Assembly (NCBI GenBank): GCA_029855935.1 | Contig: JAGSHN010000012.1 | Coordinates: 160,001 to 224,000 of the forward strand | Direction of reading: 5' to 3' | Length of the DNA: 64,000 bases | Source of the DNA: Candidatus Thorarchaeota archaeon | GTDB taxonomy: Archaea > Asgardarchaeota > Thorarchaeia > Thorarchaeales > Thorarchaeaceae | Shown here: positions 27,492 through 36,796 of the stretch, one piece after another | Numbering within the stretch: position 1 is the stretch's first letter | Layout of the letters: every line of letters starts with the position of its first letter | Position numbers and translations under genes: made by a program | The notes under the pieces: model-generated | The model's input: only the letters and a program-made list of their open reading frames with translations | What the model was told of the DNA's origin: nothing | Database searches by the model: none

Positions 27492-27566
27492 TGGGGCCCG
27501 AGGCGGGAATCGAACCCGCCGCCAAGGATCCACAGTCCTTGAGGTTGCCACTACCCCACTCGGGCC
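27492..27566 (-). tRNA. tRNA-His(GUG) with encoded G-1 and CCA
   Basis: Reverse complement: G-GCCCGAG...AAGGA-CT-GTG-GA-TCCTT...GCGGGTTCGATTCCCGC-CTCGGGC-C-CCA. Confidence 0.95.
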
Positions 27567-27691
27567 ATAGGTGTGATAGACCTTCAGGATTCGCTCCTGT
27601 GGGCCGCTCTTATTAGCTTATCTGTGCATCTCCGTTGTTGACGAGGAGTTCCCAAAGAGATATCGCCATCGGAGTCAGAGTGACCGGACGG

Positions 27692-28009
27692 ATGGTGACC
27701 CTCACAATGGGCGGATCAGGCAAGATAGTCATCAGGGTCAGAGAGGTGAGAGGACAGTGCCCAATCTTCACACCCGGCGACACCATCACCATTGATGGCG
27801 CTGAGCTGGACATGAAGGCCACAGACGCATATTGTGTATGGGCATCCGCATCCTTCTTGCCGTACCTAGTTGCCGCGCGCTACGGTGTACCTGCTGATGA
27901 GATAGGGTTGGGAACGGCCCCGACACAACCATATGTCGTCCAGTGCCTAGACCCAGGACCACCACTGACACCAGGCGGAACTGTCGTGTTCGAGATTCGG
28001 CGGGAGTGA
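27692..28009 (+). CDS. TIGR04076-like small Cys-containing protein
   Basis: I.V.EVRG.CP.F..GD.I.I, C..A..S..P, VQC.DPG...T..GTVVFEI.R. Confidence 0.8.
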   Translation: MVTLTMGGSGKIVIRVREVRGQCPIFTPGDTITIDGAELDMKATDAYCVWASASFLPYLVAARYGVPADEIGLGTAPTQPYVVQCLDPGPPLTPGGTVVFEIRRE

Positions 28010-28034
28010 GCTAGAACCTATCCCCCAGCTCTAT

Positions 28035-28496
28035 TCAATGTCTGTGGTGCCTCTCGTGGTCCTCATCATCGGGTAGCGAGAAGACAAAGAGGCGCACGTA
28101 CTTGATGCCCGACAACCCGCTGATGGTGTTGGCCAGATTCTCGATGTCTTTGCGGTCACCACGTATGGTCAGTGCCTCGAAACAGTGAGAATGGGTGAGG
28201 TGCACATGAACGGTGGAGATCACGTGTGCCCTAGATCTGTGCTGTGCGCGTATCAGTTCAGCCATCAGACGTGGCTTGTGTTCATACACAATGTTCAATG
28301 CCGCAAGGCGCCCCTCTTGCTGGGACTCCCATTCGCACTGCGCGATGAAGGCACGCATGGCATCTCGTATGGCCTCTGATCTGCCAACATAGCCCCTCTC
28401 TATCACAATCTCATCAAACCTCTTGAGGAGGTCTGCAGGCACAGAGACTCCAAACCTCTTCAGCTCAATCTCGTTCGTCGATGTAGATGATGTCAT
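28035..28496 (-). CDS. nikR: nickel-responsive regulator NikR
   Basis: RHH RFGVS.P..LL..FD......GY..RSEAIRDA.R, VY.H, QH, S..HVHL.H..C.E. Confidence 0.95.
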   Translation of the reverse strand: MTSSTSTNEIELKRFGVSVPADLLKRFDEIVIERGYVGRSEAIRDAMRAFIAQCEWESQQEGRLAALNIVYEHKPRLMAELIRAQHRSRAHVISTVHVHLTHSHCFEALTIRGDRKDIENLANTISGLSGIKYVRLFVFSLPDDEDHERHHRH

Positions 28497-28542
28497 TATG
28501 TGTCCTCCTCTGTGTCACCCTTGACACAGGGCAGCTACATTC

Positions 28543-28569
28543 GTGCCACGATTTTTCCGATAGTAACAC
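28543..28569. promoter_or_regulatory. candidate NikR operator
   Basis: gtgccac-N13-gtaacac, an imperfect inverted repeat in the nikR/nikM divergent region, immediately 5' of a TATA-like cttaagta (28571-28578). Confidence 0.6.
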
Positions 28570-28624
28570 ACTTAAGTACCTTTGCCCGACGCGGCCCCAT
28601 CGCATCAGGGAGATGCAGATAACC

Positions 28625-29320
28625 GTGCACGTTCCCGATGGAGTAGTACCTCTGTACCTGCAACTCATACTATTCGTGGTGAGTATAGCCTTCATTGTCA
28701 CCGCAGTAAGACGTGTCAACGGGCGACTTGACGAGAGGACCGTGCCCTATATCGGAGTCCTAGCGGCTGTGATTTTTGCAGCACAGTTCGTCAACTTTCC
28801 CGTACCGCCCTCGAGTGGTCACCTGATCGGCTCCACGATGGTGGCGGTCATGCTGGGTCCCTGGGCGGGAATGTTGGTGATCGCACTTGTTCTGTTCATT
28901 CAGGCGCTCTACGGCGACGGCGGAATGCTGACCTACGGCCTGAACTTCTTCAATATGGGTGCGTTCTCATGCCTCTTTGGATGGCTCCTTGCGCTCTCAC
29001 TGTTCAAGGCGCTGAAGAAGAGGATGGACGAGAAGAGGGCGGTCCTCGTGGCAACATCTCTTGCATCGTATGTCACGACAGTTGTGGCCGCGTTCATACT
29101 CGGCATCGAACTCCAGACGGTCCCCGGCTTTGGCGTAGCAGGTCTGCTTGTCATCACGGGCATTCACGCGGTGATCGCTGTGGGCGAGGCCGTCTTGACG
29201 TTCGTCATAATGCTCTATTTCGTCAAGGCTCGGCCACAGATAATATCGTTCCTCAGCGGCAGCGAGGTCGCGGAGCTCGCCCCCGCGGTGGACGCGCCCT
29301 GGGCAAGACCAGCAGAGTGA
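28625..29320 (+). CDS. nikM: Ni/Co ECF substrate-binding component NikM/CbiM
   Basis: GTG start gives the canonical MHVPDG; AA.IFAAQ..NFP...SSGHL.G, LGPW, QAL..DGG...G.N..NM, H..I..GEA..T. Confidence 0.92.
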   Translation: MHVPDGVVPLYLQLILFVVSIAFIVTAVRRVNGRLDERTVPYIGVLAAVIFAAQFVNFPVPPSSGHLIGSTMVAVMLGPWAGMLVIALVLFIQALYGDGGMLTYGLNFFNMGAFSCLFGWLLALSLFKALKKRMDEKRAVLVATSLASYVTTVVAAFILGIELQTVPGFGVAGLLVITGIHAVIAVGEAVLTFVIMLYFVKARPQIISFLSGSEVAELAPAVDAPWARPAE

Positions 29321-29338
29321 GCTCGGGAGGTAGAGAGA

Positions 29339-29626
29339 ATGGAGAGAGACGAGTTCGTCCGGTTTGTCATCCCCGTGGTCATTGTGCTGATTGCAATTCT
29401 GGCTGTGGTCATACTCGGCAATCTAGTATCGTCCAATCCTGATGGGTTCGAGTGGGCCCTCTTTGAGTTTGCCCACGTGTCAGAGCCAACAGGCGGCTTT
29501 GAGGGTATCTGGGCGTTTCTCGGTGAGGGACCTCTCGTTGAGGTCGTTGCCGGAGCCCTGGGAGTGATCATAGCGTTGATGCTCGGGCTGCTGTTGTTCC
29601 GTGCGATGGCGCGGAAGGAGCGCTGA
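29339..29626 (+). CDS. PDGLE-domain protein (NikN-like)
   Basis: Two TMs flanking SSNPDGFE; lies between nikM and nikQ. Confidence 0.82.
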   Translation: MERDEFVRFVIPVVIVLIAILAVVILGNLVSSNPDGFEWALFEFAHVSEPTGGFEGIWAFLGEGPLVEVVAGALGVIIALMLGLLLFRAMARKER

Positions 29627-29671
29627 GCGAGAGTCCCTCGATATAGAGTCTAGTGTATCGAACGACAATGC

Positions 29672-30505
29672 GTGACTGGTTGGCAACAGGGGGTTGATAC
29701 ATTGAGCCGGTTCCTACTACCGTTCACAGAACGGCCAGACACACAGGGGGCCTTCTCTCCAGCTGGCAAGCTGCTGATGGCCGCTGGGACAGGACTGGTC
29801 ATAACGGCTCAGGCTCAGCCCCTCACGGTCGCCATCCTACTGGCCCTGATTATCGCGGGCGCTGTCGTCACGCATACCAGGTGGCGGACGGTCTTGGATC
29901 TGGCGCTTCGTTTCGAGACGATAGTCGTTGCTTGGATTCTGATTGAGCCATTCATCTATGGTCAGACCGTGATTGCTCGTCTGACGATTCCATTCGGCTC
30001 TCTACCCATCTTTGCGGAGGGACTGGAGGTCGGTCTTCTTCTGGGACTGAGAATGATGACGCTCCTTCTCCTGTTTCTGATAGTCCTGTCACATATGACC
30101 CTGAGCGAGTTTGTCGACGGACTGCGCACACTGCACGTGCCATTCGTGATCGTGAGTTCTCTGATGGTGATGCTCAGGTACATCCCCTTGTTTATGGAGG
30201 AGAGAAACCGTCTTCAGGAGGCCCAGACGCTAAGAGGCTTCCACAGAGGCACCCGGGTGGAGCGTATCTCCTCGCTCGGCTATCTTGTCGGGACGATAAT
30301 TGATCGCGCTCTTGACAGGAGTGTCGCCGTCTACGAGTCAATGACGCTGAAGGGCCTCGGTCTTGGAGGTGGCGCTCACGGTAGTGGTCTACGCAGGGCC
30401 GATGCAGCGCTGCTGCTCGTCCCCGTAGTAATGCTGGTCCTCTCTTGGTGGTTGCTACCTGTTCTCTCGGAGGTTGTGTCATTATGGTATATGCGGTTCT
30501 TGTGA
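29672..30505 (+). CDS. ECF transmembrane T component NikQ/CbiQ
   Basis: P..KL, L..L.VP......L..M.RYI....EE.......Q..RG, RA.DRS..VY.SM...G. Confidence 0.88.
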   Translation: MTGWQQGVDTLSRFLLPFTERPDTQGAFSPAGKLLMAAGTGLVITAQAQPLTVAILLALIIAGAVVTHTRWRTVLDLALRFETIVVAWILIEPFIYGQTVIARLTIPFGSLPIFAEGLEVGLLLGLRMMTLLLLFLIVLSHMTLSEFVDGLRTLHVPFVIVSSLMVMLRYIPLFMEERNRLQEAQTLRGFHRGTRVERISSLGYLVGTIIDRALDRSVAVYESMTLKGLGLGGGAHGSGLRRADAALLLVPVVMLVLSWWLLPVLSEVVSLWYMRFL

Positions 30506-31257
30506 AGAACGTAGAGTTCGACTACGGAACATTCTCTCTACGTGACGTGTCTATGGCGCTCCGAGAGGGAGAGCAGAAGGCGCTGCTCGGTCCAAATGGT
30601 TCCGGGAAGACCACACTCCTTCGCCTCATCCTCGGGCTGTTGCGTCCGTCATCGGGTGAGATATCGGTCCTTGGGATTCCGGTGATTCCTGAGAACTTCT
30701 GGCAGGTTCGTCAGAGAGTGGGCTATCTGTTCCAGAATCCCCAGGATCAGCTGTTCGCCCCCACGGTGTGGGAGGATGTGGCCTTCGGGCCGCGCAATCT
30801 CGGCCTCTGTGATGATGAGGTCGAGCAACGAGTGCAATGGGCGCTGGACATAGTTGAGATGAGTGACCTCGCGTATCGACCGGTCAACAAGCTCAGTCAC
30901 GGGCAGGCGAAGCGAGCAGCTCTGGCCGGAGTCATTGCCATGCGTCCTCAGATCCTCTTCCTTGACGAGCCATTCACAGGTCTCGACTTCCGGATGGTGC
31001 GCAACATGGTCGACATCGTTGACAGACTCAGGTCTGACGGAGGAGTTAGCGTCCTCTTCACCACGCACAATCGATTCTTTGTCGAGAACTGGGCGGAGAG
31101 TGTTGTGGTGATGGATGCGGGACGGGTGGTGTTTGATGGGCCTGTGGAGGATGCCTTGGCTGACGAGAGGGTCAGGTCGGTCATTGGTGACTGGGAGTCG
31201 CTGAGGAGAGAGATGCGTAGTCCCGACTGCGTGGCGGAGCGGCGCCGTTACGGTTAA
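30484..31257 (+). CDS. ECF ATPase NikO/CbiO
   Basis: GPNGSGKTT, FQNP.DQLFAPTV.EDVAFGP.N, LSHGQ.KR.ALAG..AM.P..L.LDEP. Confidence 0.92.
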   Translation: MVYAVLVKNVEFDYGTFSLRDVSMALREGEQKALLGPNGSGKTTLLRLILGLLRPSSGEISVLGIPVIPENFWQVRQRVGYLFQNPQDQLFAPTVWEDVAFGPRNLGLCDDEVEQRVQWALDIVEMSDLAYRPVNKLSHGQAKRAALAGVIAMRPQILFLDEPFTGLDFRMVRNMVDIVDRLRSDGGVSVLFTTHNRFFVENWAESVVVMDAGRVVFDGPVEDALADERVRSVIGDWESLRREMRSPDCVAERRRYG

Positions 31258-31285
31258 AAGGCTCTGTGGATGAAACGGAGAATAG

Positions 31286-31373
31286 GCGGAGGTTGCCAAG
31301 CCAGGTCAAAGGCGCGAGGTTCAGGTCCTCGTCTCGTAGGAGTTCGCGAGTTCAAATCTCGCCCTCCGCACCA
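31286..31373 (+). tRNA. tRNA-Leu(CAG), long variable arm, CCA encoded
   Basis: GCGGAGG...CGAGG-TT-CAG-GT-CCTCG, variable arm, GCGAGTTCAAATCTCGC, CCTCCGC-A-CCA. Confidence 0.95.
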
Positions 31374-31510
31374 TCTATCTTCTGCTCATCTTTTGCCCAA
31401 CGGGTGAGAGCATGATTGTATTGTTTTTCCGGTGACAACGCGATAGTGTCCATCTCGACAGGGGTGCCTATCTGCCACGAGATTAGGAGCGGATCGGATA
31501 TGCTGCATTG

Positions 31511-31960
31511 CTACTCTGGCTCGGGCATCAGGAACATACTCTCCACGCTCTCGACACCCTTGAGCCTCTGCAGCTCTTGAGATAGAAAACGTGATAGCTC
31601 TGCCATGTTATGTACCCTGACGAGGCAGACCACGTTGGCAGGGCCTGATGTCCAGTAGACCTGATGCACCTCCTCATACTCCTGAAGCTGGTGATAGATC
31701 TCCTCGGACTTGCCTGGACGCGATGTCACAAGTACGAGAACGTGGATGTCATACCCGAGGCGACGATAGTCTATGTCGATGGTAAACCGCCTGATGATAC
31801 CTATGTCCATCAGGCGAGCGATCCGGTTCCGTACCGACCCTGCACTGAGCTTCACCTCTTTTGCGATGTTCCGCAGGGAGCGCCGCGAGTCCTCTCTCAA
31901 CAGCCTGATTATCTTGAGATCTCGTGCGTCTATCTTGGTACTACCCACTGCCACTATCAC
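31511..31960 (-). CDS. Lrp/AsnC family transcriptional regulator
   Basis: D..D.KI..LL..D.R.S...IA..V.LS...V..RI..L...GII..F.I.ID...LG plus a RAM domain. Confidence 0.92.
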   Translation of the reverse strand: MIVAVGSTKIDARDLKIIRLLREDSRRSLRNIAKEVKLSAGSVRNRIARLMDIGIIRRFTIDIDYRRLGYDIHVLVLVTSRPGKSEEIYHQLQEYEEVHQVYWTSGPANVVCLVRVHNMAELSRFLSQELQRLKGVESVESMFLMPEPE

Positions 31961-32034
31961 TCCCGTCTGAGCATATGGAGCAGGATTGTCTGCACACTAG
32001 GGTTGTGGATGTGGGGTGTCCAGCACTCGACCGA

Positions 32035-32436
32035 CTATGACGACTTTACACGGGTGATGACTCGTCGGCCCAGCAGCTCCCAGACCTCGACACCAGCATT
32101 GAGGGTGCACTTGGAGGCAATCTCCTCGTCCTTGGGTTTTGGTACCTCATAGGTTTCGTAGGTCTCAGAGTCCATGACCTGATAGGTCTCCCCCATATCC
32201 GCAATTATCGTGCCACTGCGCTTGTCAATCACGGGCACATCAACCTGCCGGTCCGCCGGCATGATGGTATTGCGCTTTCTGCCATCAAAGAAGCCGATAG
32301 CAACGATATTGACCTTCGCTGCCCCGTGCTTTCCCGGTTTCGACTTCTCAACTGAGACTACCTTACAGGGCTCGCCATCGATGATGAAGTAGCTTCCCGG
32401 CTTCAGAGACTTTGCCTCGGTCTTCCTTATACTCAA
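32035..32436 (-). CDS. eif5a: translation factor aIF5A
   Basis: Hypusine loop SKPGKHGAAK, VPVI.K, Q.MD.ETYET; TTG start. Confidence 0.96.
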   Translation of the reverse strand: MSIRKTEAKSLKPGSYFIIDGEPCKVVSVEKSKPGKHGAAKVNIVAIGFFDGRKRNTIMPADRQVDVPVIDKRSGTIIADMGETYQVMDSETYETYEVPKPKDEEIASKCTLNAGVEVWELLGRRVITRVKSS

Positions 32437-32594
32437 ACCTTCTCACCAACCAGTACCGGTTATGAAGTGGCTCCCTTGGGGCGACTCATATACCTTATGG
32501 TAGTCTTTCCTCTGGCTCCAATGAATCCCTCGTCCATAGTGGCAAGAGTAAAATGCCGGCTTGGTCAGCGAAGTTGCAAGGGTCGTGCTGCACA

Positions 32595-33464
32595 ATGATT
32601 GAGGAGACTCCGCGCATCCTGACTGACAGAGGCACGGTTGGTCTTGTATGCAAGCCGGGTCGCGCTGATATGGAGCGGACTGCTGCACGTGTGACGGACT
32701 TCTTGGTGTCGCGGGGTCTTGAGGTGCTAGTTGATACAGGTTCGTGCAATGTTGCAGAGAGAGGTGCAGTCCCAACACTGATTGAGGAGATGAATGTCGA
32801 CTTTGTAGTGACAATCGGCGGCGATGGCACGATTCTCCACACACTCTGTCTGCTACCCGACCGGGAGATCCCACTCTTCTGTATCAACCGGGGGACCGTT
32901 GGTTTTCTCACGGAGGCGAGCACGACCAATGCCATTGACGCGCTTGAGCGTGTTCTGCACGGGGACTGCATAATCGAACGCTGCATCAACATAGTCTCCG
33001 GCGTCGGGGACATAACCTTTGGACAGGCCCTGAACGAGGTCTACGTCACGTCGCGGCTTCCGGGTCGTCTCCTGACCTTTCAGGTGTATCTTGATGGGAC
33101 CCGCGTCGACTACGGTCGTGCGGATGGTGCGATGCTGGCAACTCCCTGCGGCTCCACGGCATATGCCTTGGCTGCTGGCGGGTCCATTCTGACTCCGAAC
33201 GTCAACGGACTGATATTCGTACCAGTCTGCCCCCCAAGGTTCGAACTCAAGTCGCTCGTCATCCCGGACACCAGCACTCTTGAACTAGAGCTCACCAAGC
33301 CGGGGGCCGGAGCATATGCTGTTGTGGACGGCCAGCTCAGATACGAGGTCGAGGCTGGTAGTACTGTGTGGTTGAGGAAGTCCGACAAGGTGACACGGTT
33401 CATCCGTCTCTACGACAACTACTATGACCGCTTGAACACACGGCTTGTCCCACGGACGCTCTAG
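32595..33464 (+). CDS. nadK: NAD kinase
   Basis: GGDGTIL, IN.G.VGFL, ALNE, ADG...ATP.GSTAYAL.AGG, VDG. Confidence 0.93.
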   Translation: MIEETPRILTDRGTVGLVCKPGRADMERTAARVTDFLVSRGLEVLVDTGSCNVAERGAVPTLIEEMNVDFVVTIGGDGTILHTLCLLPDREIPLFCINRGTVGFLTEASTTNAIDALERVLHGDCIIERCINIVSGVGDITFGQALNEVYVTSRLPGRLLTFQVYLDGTRVDYGRADGAMLATPCGSTAYALAAGGSILTPNVNGLIFVPVCPPRFELKSLVIPDTSTLELELTKPGAGAYAVVDGQLRYEVEAGSTVWLRKSDKVTRFIRLYDNYYDRLNTRLVPRTL

Positions 33465-33980
33465 GTGGTGAGGGTGGTCCGGTTCTATGTGGTCGATGCG
33501 GGCGTGTTGTTCTCGACTTGGCCTCTTGATCAGAGAAACGCCCGTTTTGTCACCACTAGTGACGTTCTGAACGAGGTTGTCAATCGCCCCAGCAGGCAGA
33601 GGGCTGAGACGCTCGCTGCGCTCGGTCGACTGACAACAGACGAGCCAGAAACACTGTCATTGCGAACAGTCCGTGATGCTGCTATGAAGACTGGCGACGC
33701 CACAGTCCTGTCCCAACAGGACATCGGTCTTGTGGCCCTGGCCCTCACACTGAAGCAGCGGGGCGAGGATGTACGTCTGGTGTCCACCGATCTTGCAGTG
33801 CTGAACACAGCGGAGGCACTGGGAATCCCAGTCGAGGATCCATCAGGTCGCTACAGAGGGAAGGTTGTCTGGACATATGTCTGTCCGGAGTGTGGTCACA
33901 GGATGACCCCTGGTGAGATGGTCTCCGACGACATCTGCCCGGTCTGCGGCAGTAGAATGCGACGCAGACGACGTCGCTGA
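33465..33980 (+). CDS. nob1: Nob1-like PIN endonuclease with Zn ribbon
   Basis: VVDA, V..EV, TGD...LS..D..L.ALA, TD..V.N.A..LG, W...CPECG...CPVCGS. Confidence 0.88.
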   Translation: MVRVVRFYVVDAGVLFSTWPLDQRNARFVTTSDVLNEVVNRPSRQRAETLAALGRLTTDEPETLSLRTVRDAAMKTGDATVLSQQDIGLVALALTLKQRGEDVRLVSTDLAVLNTAEALGIPVEDPSGRYRGKVVWTYVCPECGHRMTPGEMVSDDICPVCGSRMRRRRRR

Positions 33981-34152
33981 TCACTCTACCACTTCGTTTC
34001 GGAGGTGTAGGCCTTGCCACACCGTCCACGGGCAGTAACATAGCGTCATTTGTGAGGACGAGCGGGGGAGCCGCAGCCCACTTGCGGGTAATACCGGGGA
34101 AACACCACGTGTTATGTGTGGACGGAATAGTTTGTTCTCTGGTGGTCACCCG

Positions 34153-34398
34153 GTGTCAGACGGCGCTCTGCTACTCGACAGGGAGATTGAGGATGTGAAA
34201 GCCCAGGTCCGGCGAGAGCTCGCAGCCATAGACGAGATACTCGAAACACTGGGCTACAGATCGTCCCCGCCAGGTTGGAACACCCCGTATCAGCTCCACA
34301 AGTTGAGAAGAGCACTGCGTCTTCACTATCTGGCACTGAGAATTCGCGAGGGGGCACAACGCACCTGTGCGTCTCAGGAGATCACTTGGGACCTCTGA
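34153..34398 (+). CDS. small hypothetical helical protein
   Basis: Amphipathic helices filling an otherwise empty gap; GTG start assumed. Confidence 0.45.
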   Translation: MSDGALLLDREIEDVKAQVRRELAAIDEILETLGYRSSPPGWNTPYQLHKLRRALRLHYLALRIREGAQRTCASQEITWDL

Positions 34399-34405
34399 TG
34401 AGACC

Positions 34406-34837
34406 TCACTCTCCGATGACGACTGTCCGCAGAGTCCTCCTTCTCGGTCTGATGTCGAAGTCTGCAAAGACCATCTGCTGCCACGTTCCCAGTTCGAGTC
34501 GCCCGTCGACAACGGGAACGGTAAGGCTTGGTCCCACAACTGAGGCCCGTATGTGTGAGTGACCATTGCCATCACCCCACATGCGATGGTGTTCGTAGTC
34601 TATTCCCGTTGGTGCTATGCGCTCCATTGCATCGGGGAAGTCCCTCAGCAGTCCGGGTTCGTACTCGATGGTTGTGACCGCGCCCGTTGAACCGACGCAG
34701 AACACCGTGCAGATACCATTGGAGATGCCACTCTCACGCACCTGCGCTGCGACCTTGTCTGTTATGTTGATGAGCTCGCAGTTTCCCCGTGTGTCGAGTC
34801 TGATCTCACCGTGAAACACCGTCACTATGCTCACCAA
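34406..34837 (-). CDS. yjbQ: YjbQ/UPF0047 family protein
   Basis: IT..V...V..SG..NG...VF..GST, E.EPGL..D, Y.H....DGNGHSH.RAS..G.S, LGTWQ...F.DFD. Confidence 0.92.
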   Translation of the reverse strand: MVSIVTVFHGEIRLDTRGNCELINITDKVAAQVRESGISNGICTVFCVGSTGAVTTIEYEPGLLRDFPDAMERIAPTGIDYEHHRMWGDGNGHSHIRASVVGPSLTVPVVDGRLELGTWQQMVFADFDIRPRRRTLRTVVIGE

Positions 34838-34874
34838 TCTTCAGAGAAGAAGCCAGCGCTAATGAATCACACTC

Positions 34875-36725
34875 TCACTGGTGTTTCTTGTCTACTCTCT
34901 TTCTCGACTCGATGACCTCTCTCAGCTGTGGCACGTCTGCCCCAATCACTTTCTCATGTTCCTGAAGCGCCATTGTGGCGATGAGGTAGTCGGAACGCTG
35001 GATTGGCACAAGAACGGCTAGGATTGCCCGCATGTACTCATCGCCCGTCAACACCACAATCTTCTGCATCTCGTTCACGATGGACTCAAGCGCATCGTCG
35101 TTGTGTGGGGAGTCCCTACACGTGAGGACGAACATAAGCAGGAGGTCCTTGAACGCCTCCTTGAGCTCTCCCATCTGCTTGAAGTTCTGCGAGGACTCAT
35201 TGAGCAGTTCAACAGCGTGTCTCCTGAGATGGTCCTCGTTGGTCTTCAGAGCCTCGTGTGCGGCAGTGCGTTTCCAGACTGCGGCAAGCGGTATAATCCC
35301 TTCCCTCTCATATCCCCTAGCCACGTACTCAGCCTTCTTGCTTGCTATCCAGTGAAATCCTGACCATCTGTCTATGTCGGCCATCAGTCTGGCACACTCT
35401 GCAGCCTTGCTGTAGTATCGTGAACTGTTCTCGGTGTCACCGTTCTCCTGAGTCATCTCGGCCAGCTGAATGTATATCTCCAAGGCCTCCTCAAGGACAG
35501 CATTGGCCCGCTCTATTTCCCCCATCTCGTAGAGCACCTCTGCTGCCTCCTTGAGCCGCATTGCCTGCATCTCATGTTCCTGCTTCTTCTCGTGCTGCTC
35601 TGCGCGCTCAAGGTAGTAGCTGATCACATGGTCGTAGAGCTCCTGTGCGTCCTTGTTGGCCCCCCATTTCTTCAGTGACATTGCCTCGTACTGCAGGTAT
35701 TTGTAACGGGAGTCATCGTCGCCGTCCTTCTTTGCCCTCTCGGCCAATTGATGGAACATCTCCGCAGCCCGTTTGTAGGCCCACTTGGCCTTTACTGGAC
35801 TACCAGCCTCGGTGAACATCTCTCCCGCCTTGACAAGCAATGGTGCCACGACCTCGGGCGTGCCAGTCATCTGCATATACGCCTCTGAGGCCTTCAGCAT
35901 AGCCTTCCTTCGGGCTGTCGTGAGGCGTTCTCTCTTGTATAGCTCCTGCGCCGCATCGTAAGTGTTTCCAGCCTTCTCGAAGTTACCTGCACGCTCGTAT
36001 AGCTCGCCAGCTCTCATCAACAGCTTGACGGCCTCGGCAAGATCGCCCAGCATCTGGAGAATCTGTGCGGCATCGGCCAGAGCACTTGCTGCCTCACTGT
36101 GGTCTTGCCTTGCCTCGGCCTCTGCAGCCCAGCGTTTCGCTATGTCTGTGGCACGCCTGTAGATTCTTCGACCAAGCTCCTCATCACCAGATGAATAATA
36201 GATGCGGCCGACCTTCTTGAGCAGCGCCACAGTCTCTCCAAGTTCCCCCTTCATCTCTCTCTCATCGGCCTCATTCTCAAGGGCATCGGCCGCCTTGACG
36301 GCCAGCTCTTGCCGAGCCTCGGGGCTCTCAGCGAAGTCCGCGGCCCTAAAGTAGAACTCCGCAGCCTTTCTGTGGTCGGCTGCCTCTTCTGCAATCTCGC
36401 CTGCGAGTCTGTTTATCCGTGCAATCTCTCTCCGTGTTGTCGGGTCCTGCCCCGCGCGGAGGAGCATCAACGTTGCCTTGTCCAGCGCCTCGTAGCATTC
36501 GTCGGCCATGTAGGCCTGTCTGTACGCCTGCGCCGCCTCCTCGTAGATCTTTGCAGCCTGCCTGAGCTTATCGTGTGAGACGAGGACATCGGCGGCCTTC
36601 TTGAGCAGTTTTGCACCTGTCTTGTTGTCGCCCTGCTTGACCTTCTTTCTGGCCGCTCTGAGGACTTCTTGGAGTGTCGTCAAAGTCTTGTTCTCCCACT
36701 TGACTAAACGTTTCGACCTGCTCAC
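34875..36725 (-). CDS. alpha-SNAP-like / TPR-like helical solenoid protein
   Basis: Repeated AA..Y..AA..Y units (AAKIYEEAAQAY, AAEFYFRAA, AGELYERAGNFEKAGNTYDAA) over about 600 aa. Confidence 0.7.
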   Translation of the reverse strand: MSRSKRLVKWENKTLTTLQEVLRAARKKVKQGDNKTGAKLLKKAADVLVSHDKLRQAAKIYEEAAQAYRQAYMADECYEALDKATLMLLRAGQDPTTRREIARINRLAGEIAEEAADHRKAAEFYFRAADFAESPEARQELAVKAADALENEADEREMKGELGETVALLKKVGRIYYSSGDEELGRRIYRRATDIAKRWAAEAEARQDHSEAASALADAAQILQMLGDLAEAVKLLMRAGELYERAGNFEKAGNTYDAAQELYKRERLTTARRKAMLKASEAYMQMTGTPEVVAPLLVKAGEMFTEAGSPVKAKWAYKRAAEMFHQLAERAKKDGDDDSRYKYLQYEAMSLKKWGANKDAQELYDHVISYYLERAEQHEKKQEHEMQAMRLKEAAEVLYEMGEIERANAVLEEALEIYIQLAEMTQENGDTENSSRYYSKAAECARLMADIDRWSGFHWIASKKAEYVARGYEREGIIPLAAVWKRTAAHEALKTNEDHLRRHAVELLNESSQNFKQMGELKEAFKDLLLMFVLTCRDSPHNDDALESIVNEMQKIVVLTGDEYMRAILAVLVPIQRSDYLIATMALQEHEKVIGADVPQLREVIESRKRVDKKHQ

Positions 36726-36796
36726 GATAGGTGAGCTACTGATAACGCTTATCGTGCGTCATATGTCGCCGTCTTTCAATAGACTCAAATATAACG

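Noticed and set aside
27492-31373. Nickel cluster flanked by two tRNAs as a possible integrated island
   Set aside because: No integrase, no duplicated tRNA 3' end (att site) and no obvious compositional shift.
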